Source: Myxococcales bacterium (GTDB lineage Bacteria; Myxococcota_A; Polyangia; Polyangiales; DASUME01). Taken from it: a DNA stretch of 64,000 nt. The notes below the pieces were generated by a model that saw nothing but the letters and a program-made list of their open reading frames with translations, ran no database searches and was not told the origin of the DNA. A program made the position numbers and the translations under genes. Positions 38,553 to 46,982 of this stretch are shown piece by piece. The stretch covers positions 2,560,001-2,624,000 of the forward strand of contig JASGJH010000001.1 in assembly GCA_047601445.1 (NCBI GenBank), in the 5' to 3' direction. Each line of letters begins with the position of its first letter. Position 1 is the first letter of the stretch.

Positions 38553-40487
38553 ATGAACAAGAAAGCTATCGCATCCGCGCTAGCGCTCGGCCTGGCGAGC
38601 ACCGCCAGCGCTCAGCTCAAGCTGAAGGGCTCCGACACGCTCTTCGAGATGACCCAGGAGATGCTGACGCTCTGTCAGATCAGCCCTACCGATCTCACCT
38701 ATGATGGTGGCGGTTCGAGCGGTGGTCAGTCCGCGATGGCCGCAGGCACCCAGCGCGTGGCTCCGATGTCGCGCTTCATCAACGCCGCCGGCTGCACCGG
38801 CGCCGGCCCCGGCGACACCACCACCCGCTCCGGCTACGCCCACTCGCTCGACGCGATCGGCCTCTTCTCCGACAACACCGAAGACACCACCTGCGACGAC
38901 CTCGTCCACGACGCCGTCCTCACGATTGACCCAGCGGCCAACGGCAACGCCGGCGGCGACCCCGCCACCGAGTGCCCGAACTGCACTGGCAACCAGTACG
39001 TCATCAGCCAGTGGCAGCAGGTCCTTCGCATCGTCTACACCGGTCGTCACGACGTGGTCCCCGGCTACAACGAGTGCTCCTTCGACGCGCCCGGTGCCAC
39101 CGTTGGCGCGCGCCTCTGCAATAGTGACGTACGCAATACCCTGGTGAACAACTGGGGCAACCTCTTCCAGGGCGGCTGCACGGATCCCGAATGCACCAGC
39201 CTCCGGCACGCCTTCCGCCGCGACGACATCTCCGGCACCACCGACACCTTCCTTGCTCTGATCTCGGTCAAGGGCATGTTCGCGAGTAACGGCGACTATC
39301 AGGGCGCCGACATTTTCTGCAACGGCAGCGAGTTCGAGGATAAGGATCCCATCCGTCGCTTCTGCAGCGGCAACGGCGGCACCAGCGGTGAGAACGTCTG
39401 CCAGCGCCTCGTCTATGCTCGCGAGGTTCCCTCGGTCGGCGTCCGCGTCGGCACCCTCTACCCGCAACTCGAGAACGTATGGCCAGCGATCATCGCCGCC
39501 GTCGTGCCTCCTGGGCCCGCGGCAGGCGATTTGGGCCTCGTGCTCCCGATCGTGATGCCCACGGATCCCGCCCAGCACTACCCGAACAACAACGCCTGCA
39601 ACGGCGACTACAAGCTCGCGCCCATGCCCACATCGACGAACGCGGAAGAGCGCTGCCCGAACGGAGACTTCAAGTACGGCGGCCTCTGCTACTGGCCCGT
39701 CGACGCCGCAGGTAACTTCGGCTGCCTGGTGCAATCGAACTTCCGCCCCGGCACCGGTGCCATTGGCTTCAACAGCAAAATGGACGCCCGCGTGTACAAT
39801 CTCACCACGCGTCTCCCCAGCGGTGTGATCCCGACCATCTCGCGCAAGCCCTCGGCCGCGCAGAACCCAGTCAACCGCACGTTCATCAACGGCGCGTTCT
39901 ACCGCATCCACCAGCGCACCGCGGAGACCCTGGCCACCGCGGGCACTGTGTGCCGCGAGAGCAACGACACTGCGCAGATTGGCTGCCTCGTGCAGGCCAG
40001 TCCGTGCTCCATCGGCTACGCGGGTCTCGCGGCGCAGACCAGCGACGCCAACGGTGACCCCGTCGCCAACACCAACAAGTCCCTCGGTATCCGCGCGCCG
40101 CTTGCCACGGCGGGTATTCAGTATCCCAGCAAGACCACCGTTCGTCGCTTCCTCGCGACGCCGGCTGGCGGCGCCACCGGCACCTGCGCCGACTACGGCT
40201 CGCGCTATCCGCTGTCGCGCAAGCTCTGGTTCAACACCTTCGTGGGCTTCAACAACCTCGCCGCCGCTGGCGCTACGGCCGCCGAGCAGCAGCTCGCGCG
40301 TTGCTTCTCTGATCGGCGCTTCGTCGACCGCGCTGCCAAGCACGTCGGCTTCGTCACGCTGACGGACAACACGTGCGTGAGCGACGCGCTGCCGAACCCC
40401 GCGACTGCGTTCTCGCCGGACCCCACCTGCACGCTCACGGACGACAACCCGAGCTACGAGTTCTCGAGCTGCGCTGTGAATCCCTGA
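38553..40487 (+). CDS. Secreted 644-aa Cys-rich PstS-like protein, copy 2
   Basis: Same length as copy 1, ~90% identical by manual count, identical leader GGCAGCAGGAGGAAAGTCAC-ATG. Confidence 0.8.
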   Translation: MNKKAIASALALGLASTASAQLKLKGSDTLFEMTQEMLTLCQISPTDLTYDGGGSSGGQSAMAAGTQRVAPMSRFINAAGCTGAGPGDTTTRSGYAHSLDAIGLFSDNTEDTTCDDLVHDAVLTIDPAANGNAGGDPATECPNCTGNQYVISQWQQVLRIVYTGRHDVVPGYNECSFDAPGATVGARLCNSDVRNTLVNNWGNLFQGGCTDPECTSLRHAFRRDDISGTTDTFLALISVKGMFASNGDYQGADIFCNGSEFEDKDPIRRFCSGNGGTSGENVCQRLVYAREVPSVGVRVGTLYPQLENVWPAIIAAVVPPGPAAGDLGLVLPIVMPTDPAQHYPNNNACNGDYKLAPMPTSTNAEERCPNGDFKYGGLCYWPVDAAGNFGCLVQSNFRPGTGAIGFNSKMDARVYNLTTRLPSGVIPTISRKPSAAQNPVNRTFINGAFYRIHQRTAETLATAGTVCRESNDTAQIGCLVQASPCSIGYAGLAAQTSDANGDPVANTNKSLGIRAPLATAGIQYPSKTTVRRFLATPAGGATGTCADYGSRYPLSRKLWFNTFVGFNNLAAAGATAAEQQLARCFSDRRFVDRAAKHVGFVTLTDNTCVSDALPNPATAFSPDPTCTLTDDNPSYEFSSCAVNP

Positions 40488-40517
40488 ACGCGCTGCATGC
40501 TTAGGGCGTAGTGGATT

Positions 40518-40542
40518 AGCCGATCCCCGAGAGGGATTGGCT
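40518..40542 (+). terminator. 3' hairpin after copy 2
   Basis: AGCCGATCCC-CGAGA-GGGATTGGCT, positionally homologous to the copy 1 hairpin. Confidence 0.6.
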
Positions 40543-40634
40543 CGACTGCTCTAGCCGCGCGAACGCATCGTCCTTCGCGCGTAGCTTCACCCCAACGACG
40601 CGCGCGATGTCGGTGTCACGTGTTACTCCGCGGC

Positions 40635-40782
40635 GCGGCCAAGCACAACGGGTTCATGCTCATCTCGGACAACAGCTGCTTGACCGACGCCCTCCCGAAC
40701 TAATTTCGCGCCCGACCCCACGTGCACGCTCACCGACGACAACCCCGGCTACGAGTCCTCGACCTGCACCACCAACCCCTGA
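40635..40782 (+). pseudogene. Decayed 3' fragment of a third PstS-like copy
   Basis: AAKHNGFMLISDNSCLTDALPN* then, frameshifted, FAPDPTCTLTDDNPGYESSTCTTNP*; matches the C-termini of copies 1 and 2. Confidence 0.9.
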
Positions 40783-40860
40783 CCCAACGCACGCTTCGAG
40801 CGTCATCGACGAGCCGGCCTACGCTAGGGAGCCACCTCTCGTCCGCGTTTGGACGCACGA

Positions 40861-40878
40861 GCGGCACGGAGTTGTCAC
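40861..40878 (+). promoter_or_regulatory. Pho-box-like site upstream of the large cytochrome
   Basis: GCGGCAC-GGAG-TTGTCAC. Confidence 0.45.
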
Positions 40879-40959
40879 CAATCCGCGTTTCTTCGCCTGC
40901 TAGTTTCCCTGCGCCGCGCCCCCCGCGGGGTGGCGGCACTTTCATGTGTGGAGCTTCCG

Positions 40960-43900
40960 ATGGTAACTGGCCTACGCCGAATTCGGCTCCTGGCGCTGGC
41001 ACTCGCCTGTGCAGAGCTCGCCGCCTGCGGCGACAATCTCGCTGACAAGACGCAAGGTGAGCTCGCCGCTCCAGACGCGGCCGCAGACGTAGAGGACGCC
41101 CAAGTTCCCGAGCAAGTCACCGATCTCTCGTGCACGCCCGTAGTCACCTCGGACAACCTCCCAGCGCGCACGGCCGCCATGTCCGAGCGCGGCGGCGGTG
41201 GCGGCGGTTCTGCGGCCGTGACCACCGAGCAGCTCTTCCAGGCCTTCAAGGGGCGCTGCGGCAACTGCCACTCGAGCGGCTCGAATTCAGGCAATTTTGC
41301 GATTCCTCTGGCCTCCAATTTCGCGACCACCTTCGATTCGGTCGTACTTTCGTATATCCAATCGAACGATCCCGACAAGGTGATGCCCCCAATCGACTCA
41401 CCCGAGGGCAAGCTCTACCAGGACCGTGCCGCGGACGACCCTGTGCGCAAATTCGCCGAGCTCACCCAGGCGTGGATCGCTGCGGGCAAGCCTGCCGACG
41501 CCTTCTTCCCACCCGCCGAAGCAACGCCCGTGGGGGTCGGCTTCACTTTGCCGCGCCGCGTGGGTCTGGCCCTGACCAACCTGGGCAATTGCATTCCGAG
41601 CCCGGACCTGGTGGGCACCGAGACCCAGGAGAGCCAAAAGCTCGACGACATGTTCGCGGGTTTGAAGAGCTCCGACGAACTGCCCGATCGCCTCGAAGCA
41701 ACGGATCTCGTCAGCCTCGACTCCGCGGTGCTCGCAAGCCACGGCGTGATCGGCTTTGCCCCCGCCTACACCCTTTGGGCCGACAACGCCAAGAAGATGC
41801 GCGCGGTGCGCGTGCCGCGCGGCAAATCCATCGAATTCGACGCGGCCACGCAGAGCTTCAAAATCCCGGACAACACCCGCTTCTACAAGACCTTCATGCG
41901 CGAGGTCGTGGATCACCGCGGCAACAAGAGCTACCGCAAGGTCGAGACCCGGCTCATCGTCGCGCGCGCGGACATCGAGAAAGAAGGCTGCGATCCGGAG
42001 CCGCAAGCGCTGTTCGGAACCTACGTGTGGAACGAAGCCGAGACCGAGGCCGTGCTCAACAAGGACCGCTTGCGCAACGGCAGCGGCTTCCGCGACCGCC
42101 TCATCACGTACATCACGGACGAGCAAAAGGCCGACGAGCTGATCGCCGAGGGCCCCGAAAACATCCAAGCTGCTCTCGCCGATGCGCACCTTAGCCGCCA
42201 CTACGGCTTGCCCGGAAGTGAGCGTTGCAATCATTGCCACATGGGCTCCGGATCCAAGAGCTTCATCCTTGGCTTCACGCCGCTCCAGATCAATCGACGC
42301 CCGCTGGACCAGGGCGGCGTCATCGAGCCGGCCGAGCGCGATGAACTCAACCAGCTCCAGCGCCTGATCAGCTACGGCGTGATCACCGGGATCGACCCAG
42401 CGCACCTCGATCAAGTCAACCTACTGGAGAACTCCCAGGGCGATCGCAAGCCGCGCAATGACTATGAGCTCAGGGCCCAGGGCTACATGGTCGGCAACTG
42501 CGCCCACTGCCACAACCCGCGCGGTTATCCCTCACGCCTCGCACGCGAGCTGCGGGACGGCCTCATCTTCGCACCCAGCGCCGAGGACGGGCACGGCATC
42601 TTCCAGTTCCCGCTCGACAAGGTCAGCCCACGCATACGCCGCGGCTCCAAGCTCGACCACTCGATCCCGTACCTCTCGCCCTCGCTGTATGACCTCGCTG
42701 GCCAAGGCTACTCGTACAAACTCCACGATGAACTGACCAAGAATCCTGACCATACGGTCGACGCTCCTTGGCGCAGCCTGATCTACCGCAACGTGGACGC
42801 GCCGTTCTCGTACTCGGCCGATTTCGCCATCTTCCCGCACATGCCCATGGACACGCCCGGTTACGACTGCCGCGCCCGTCGCATTCTAGGCTCGTGGATG
42901 GTGAGCATCCCGGCCAAGTTCAAGTACGGGGCACTCGGTTGCGTGGACGCATCGGTCAACCCAAATCGCAACACCATCGACCACCACCTTGGCGAGACGG
43001 AAGTCATCATTCGCACGAGTGACAAGGAGTGGACCTATGGCGAGGCCGTGGGCGGCACTCGGCTCACTTCCGATGAGCTTGACGCCATCGAGCACGATCC
43101 ACAGCAGTACGCAGAGGTCAAACCCAGCGACTCGGACTTCTTGGTGGAGAACCTGCGCGCCCAAGGACGCGTCAAGCAGTTCACGATTAGCTCACGCTAC
43201 AACGACTGCCAGGACCCTAGCGTCGACATGGTCGACCCGGATATTCTGGCGGGCAAGCGTGTGACCCCGTCCAGCGTGCAAGCCTGGCCCCTGCGCGATG
43301 CCGATGGCAAGCCAATGATTGAAGCTGCCCCCGACGCAGGTGTCGATGCTGGGACCTACTATGCCACCTACGACTTCGGCAGCCCGAACGACATAGAGCT
43401 CGGCACCACGGGCATGCCTAGCCACTCGCACTGGTCCGAAACCGACCTCACGGAGACCACATCCAAGTGGGAGCCGCGGCGCTCCGATTGGCAGGACCCC
43501 GTGGTGGACAAGAAGAAGTCTGCCTGGACCGGACACGACGACGACACCTGGGAGTACTCGGCCATCGACTTGCTCGAGAAACTGCCCAAGGTCGCCGACT
43601 ACCGTACGTTTGCCACCACCGATCTGCCGGTCACGCACTGGCTCGCGAAGCCCGAGTGCGATCTCTCAGCGCAGCCCAAGGACTCGACGTTCACGGGCGC
43701 GCAACGGATGCGCTGGATGGGCGCGGAAGGCTCCTCCGACACCCCCGTGTACATGCAGTCGCCAGGCGCCTTCGTGTTCGGCCAGGTTTGTTCGAGCTGT
43801 CATGGCCCGAAGGCAGACTCCAAGGGCCGCCAGGCCGCGACCATCGCCGACATGACGGCGGGCGAGACGCGCGTCGCGAACCTGCGCGACGGTTTGCTCG

Positions 43901-44862
43901 GACCACCCGGAGCAGCCGGCGGCAACATTGCGCGCATCTTCGATGTGGGCAGCGGCGTAGCCGCCGAAGACTGGGCCGCGCGCTACGTGGTGTGGATGGG
44001 CTTGGGTGGAACGACACGAACCATCCCAGCACCGGTGTTGGGTCTCGTGTTCAACAACAACGTCTTCGGCGAGCCCCGCGGTGGCGGCACCACGATTGCG
44101 GCTACTGACGCCAACATGCTCACCGTGCCACGCAAGCTGTGTCAGAATTTGCTCGACGCGAGCGAGGGCCTCACCTCCTCAGGCTTCACTCTGAGCGGAG
44201 ATCCCAACTCAGATGCCGTGTGGGGCGTACGCGATCCTTATGCCCATGGAAGCGCCAAAGATGTGCTGCTCTCCACGAGCGGCGATCGCGAGATGTGGGA
44301 GCGCATTTGCTCCTTCCAGAATCTAAAGCCTCTGATCGTCGTGGAGCCGGTCTACGGCAAGGATGAAGCCAAGAACCTCATCGTGAGCTCGCTGAAAGTG
44401 AACTTTGCGCCCCGCGAGTCCTATGGGAGCACTCGTGCCGTGGGCGATCCACGCCGCGTCGATGCCTCTGGGCAACCCCTCAACGGCATTTCAGCCGGTA
44501 TCCACGACGACAATCCCGAGCCCTGGTGCATCGTCAATCCCACGGGTGCTCAAGCAGACGCGCTCAATGCGTACCTGGCGGCCCTTGATGCCTCGAAGGC
44601 CCCCCTCTGCCCCCCCGAGCTGCAACCCGGTACGACTGCGATGCTGAACTACGACCTTCCTTCGGTGGCAGAGAACCCAGACCAAAAGACAGGCCGCGCG
44701 TCGATGGAAATCTGGAGCATCCGTGGCGCCATGAACGCGGGCCTCGCCGTGTACCTCTATCTCGAAGCGCTCACGCACGGGAAGCCCGCGGCGGTGCCCT
44801 ACGACCACTGCGAAGAGCTCAACGTCACCGACACGGGCGCTGAAGTGATGTGCGGGCCCTGA
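40960..44862 (+). CDS. ~1300-aa multiheme c-type cytochrome lipoprotein (4 CxxCH) with SO2930-like di-heme core
   Basis: Lipobox LAAC; CGNCH, CNHCH, CAHCH, CSSCH; LWADNAKK.R...P, FYKTF, VETRLIV, GTYVWNE. Confidence 0.85.
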   Translation: MVTGLRRIRLLALALACAELAACGDNLADKTQGELAAPDAAADVEDAQVPEQVTDLSCTPVVTSDNLPARTAAMSERGGGGGGSAAVTTEQLFQAFKGRCGNCHSSGSNSGNFAIPLASNFATTFDSVVLSYIQSNDPDKVMPPIDSPEGKLYQDRAADDPVRKFAELTQAWIAAGKPADAFFPPAEATPVGVGFTLPRRVGLALTNLGNCIPSPDLVGTETQESQKLDDMFAGLKSSDELPDRLEATDLVSLDSAVLASHGVIGFAPAYTLWADNAKKMRAVRVPRGKSIEFDAATQSFKIPDNTRFYKTFMREVVDHRGNKSYRKVETRLIVARADIEKEGCDPEPQALFGTYVWNEAETEAVLNKDRLRNGSGFRDRLITYITDEQKADELIAEGPENIQAALADAHLSRHYGLPGSERCNHCHMGSGSKSFILGFTPLQINRRPLDQGGVIEPAERDELNQLQRLISYGVITGIDPAHLDQVNLLENSQGDRKPRNDYELRAQGYMVGNCAHCHNPRGYPSRLARELRDGLIFAPSAEDGHGIFQFPLDKVSPRIRRGSKLDHSIPYLSPSLYDLAGQGYSYKLHDELTKNPDHTVDAPWRSLIYRNVDAPFSYSADFAIFPHMPMDTPGYDCRARRILGSWMVSIPAKFKYGALGCVDASVNPNRNTIDHHLGETEVIIRTSDKEWTYGEAVGGTRLTSDELDAIEHDPQQYAEVKPSDSDFLVENLRAQGRVKQFTISSRYNDCQDPSVDMVDPDILAGKRVTPSSVQAWPLRDADGKPMIEAAPDAGVDAGTYYATYDFGSPNDIELGTTGMPSHSHWSETDLTETTSKWEPRRSDWQDPVVDKKKSAWTGHDDDTWEYSAIDLLEKLPKVADYRTFATTDLPVTHWLAKPECDLSAQPKDSTFTGAQRMRWMGAEGSSDTPVYMQSPGAFVFGQVCSSCHGPKADSKGRQAATIADMTAGETRVANLRDGLLGPPGAAGGNIARIFDVGSGVAAEDWAARYVVWMGLGGTTRTIPAPVLGLVFNNNVFGEPRGGGTTIAATDANMLTVPRKLCQNLLDASEGLTSSGFTLSGDPNSDAVWGVRDPYAHGSAKDVLLSTSGDREMWERICSFQNLKPLIVVEPVYGKDEAKNLIVSSLKVNFAPRESYGSTRAVGDPRRVDASGQPLNGISAGIHDDNPEPWCIVNPTGAQADALNAYLAALDASKAPLCPPELQPGTTAMLNYDLPSVAENPDQKTGRASMEIWSIRGAMNAGLAVYLYLEALTHGKPAAVPYDHCEELNVTDTGAEVMCGP

Positions 44863-44890
44863 GCGCCGCGGGTCCACGCGAGGAGCAACC

Positions 44891-46858
44891 ATGGCGATCT
44901 CTCAAACCGCCGATCAGCTCCTGGCGACGGGCCTCGCGCACCATCGCCAGGGAGATCACAAGGCAGCCGAGCGTTGCTATCGCGCCGTCTTGCAGGACCG
45001 GCCGACGCACACACAGGCGCTCTACCTGAGCAGCGTGATCGCGCTCGAATCAGGGCGCTTCGACGACGCAGTCGCCTTGTTGGAATCGGCCGTCGCTCAA
45101 GCGCCCAAACAGGTCGTGCTGTGGTGCAACTTGGGAGAGGCCCTGCGGCGCTCCGGCCGCCTGGAGAGCGCAACGGCTAGCCTGGAACGCGCAGTCGAGT
45201 TGGGCCCGGAGCACGCGGAGGCCCACGCCAACCTGGGTCTGACCTTCTTTCAGCGTCGCAAGTGGGCCCAGGCCGCTGCCTGCTGTCAGCTCGCGCTGAG
45301 CTTGAATCCGGCGCTGTCCATGTGCAGCGAGCTGCTGATCGACTCCTTGCGTGAGCTCGGAGAGCACACACGCGCGTGCGCTGCCTACGAACGCTTCGCT
45401 GCGGCCAACCGCGGTAGCAGCGGAGTCCATGTGGCCATTGCACGGGTCCTGCTCGCGCTGGGTCGGGTAGACGCAGCCGTGACGCATTGCGAAGCAGCGC
45501 TTACCGCGGGTCCCCGCAGCGCCCACGCGCTGAGTGTCCAGGCGCTCGCCGTGAGTGCTCGCGGAGAGGCCACGCGCGCCACGCGTCTGCTGCGCGAAGC
45601 CATCGCGCTCGAACCTGCGAACGCCCCGATCCACAGCCACCTCGTGTTTTCCCTGATGTACGACCCTGCGGTCGAGTCCGACGAGATCGCCCAGGAAGCC
45701 CGCAGCTACCAGGCTCGCCATCTGCGCGCGATTCCGCGCGTCGAGCACTCTCGCGCCCAAGACCCCGAGCGACGACTGCGCATTGGCTACGTTTCGGGTG
45801 ACTTCAAGCTGCACGCGGCGACGATGTTCATGTTGCCCCTGCTGCGGCACCATGATCGTTCGGAGTTCGACTTCCACTGCTACGCCAACGTGAGCCAGCC
45901 CGACGCGGTGACCGAGGACTTCCAGGCGCTGGCCGACGTGTACCGCGACATCGTCGCCCTCGATGACGCCTCCGCGGCACGCCTGATCCGCGACGACCGC
46001 GTCGACATCCTCGTCGATCTCAGCATGCACTCGGAGGGCCACCGCCTGGGGGTCTTCGCCCACAAGCCCGCGCCCGTTCAGGTCTCCTGGCTGGCGTATC
46101 CGGGCACCACCGGGGTCTCGGCCATCGACTATCGGCTGACCGATCTGCAGCTCGATCCCGCAGGAGCAGTCGAGCAGGAATCCTACACCGAGCGCCCCTG
46201 GCATTTGCCGCACAGCTTCTGGTGCTACGACCCGCTGGTCGAAGGCATCTTCCCGAATGCACCGCCGGCCCTCACGGCTGGTCACGTCACGTTCGGCAGC
46301 CTGAACAATCACCGCAAGGTCAACGACCTCACGCTCACGCTCTGGGCGCGTGTGTTGGCCGCCGTGCCCGGCTCTCGCTTCCTGATGCTGGCGCCGGAAG
46401 GTGAAGCGCGCGTGCGCGCACTCTCGACCTTCGCGCGCTTCGGGGTCGAAGAAGATCGCGTGACGTTCGTGGCAGCGGGCATGCGACGCGACGTCTACCT
46501 GCGGACCTATCATCGCATCGACTGCTGTCTCGACGCGCTGCCCTTTCATGGCGGAACCACGAGCTTCGACGCCTGGTGGATGGGCGTGCCCGTGATCAGC
46601 TTGGTCGGGAAGACGGTGGTCGGTCGCATGGGCGCAAGCATCGCTTGCAACCTTCGTGTGACGAACCTCGTCGCGCACTCTTCCGAGGAATACGTGGCCT
46701 GCGCAGCCTCGTTAGCGCGTGACCTCGGTGAGCTCGCAACGCTTCGAAAAGAATTGCGAACTCGCATGGAATCCTCGGTATTGATGGACGCTTCGCGTTT
46801 CGCGCGGGAGCTCGAGGTCAGCTATCGCGAGATGTGGCGACAATGGTGTCTGGGCTAG
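44891..46858 (+). CDS. TPR + GT41 (SPINDLY/OGT-like) glycosyltransferase
   Basis: N-terminal TPRs; RLRIGYVSGDF..H, DILVDL..H, KPAPVQVSWLAYPGTTG, TFGSLN...K, LD..PF.GGTTS.DA.WMGVPV. Confidence 0.92.
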   Translation: MAISQTADQLLATGLAHHRQGDHKAAERCYRAVLQDRPTHTQALYLSSVIALESGRFDDAVALLESAVAQAPKQVVLWCNLGEALRRSGRLESATASLERAVELGPEHAEAHANLGLTFFQRRKWAQAAACCQLALSLNPALSMCSELLIDSLRELGEHTRACAAYERFAAANRGSSGVHVAIARVLLALGRVDAAVTHCEAALTAGPRSAHALSVQALAVSARGEATRATRLLREAIALEPANAPIHSHLVFSLMYDPAVESDEIAQEARSYQARHLRAIPRVEHSRAQDPERRLRIGYVSGDFKLHAATMFMLPLLRHHDRSEFDFHCYANVSQPDAVTEDFQALADVYRDIVALDDASAARLIRDDRVDILVDLSMHSEGHRLGVFAHKPAPVQVSWLAYPGTTGVSAIDYRLTDLQLDPAGAVEQESYTERPWHLPHSFWCYDPLVEGIFPNAPPALTAGHVTFGSLNNHRKVNDLTLTLWARVLAAVPGSRFLMLAPEGEARVRALSTFARFGVEEDRVTFVAAGMRRDVYLRTYHRIDCCLDALPFHGGTTSFDAWWMGVPVISLVGKTVVGRMGASIACNLRVTNLVAHSSEEYVACAASLARDLGELATLRKELRTRMESSVLMDASRFARELEVSYREMWRQWCLG

Positions 46859-46907
46859 CTTTGGGGATCACCCCCAGACGGGGAAACGTTGCGCGTTTCA
46901 CCCACTC

Positions 46908-46925
46908 TTGGCACCAAACCGTCAC
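46908..46925 (+). promoter_or_regulatory. Pho-box-like site
   Basis: TTGGCAC-CAAA-CCGTCAC, 57 bp before ATG 46983. Confidence 0.5.
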
Positions 46926-46982
46926 AAACCATCACTACTTCAGGGGCACACAAACTCTCGAACCTAGACGGAGTCGATACGA

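Noticed and set aside
36403..40343. Two 587-aa minus-strand ORFs
   Set aside because: Codon-registered antisense shadows of the PstS-like copies; their similarity follows from the duplication.
36376..40782. Diversity-generating retroelement or cassette-switching system
   Set aside because: No reverse transcriptase or recombinase in the window; differences are spread along the gene and do not appear adenine-specific.
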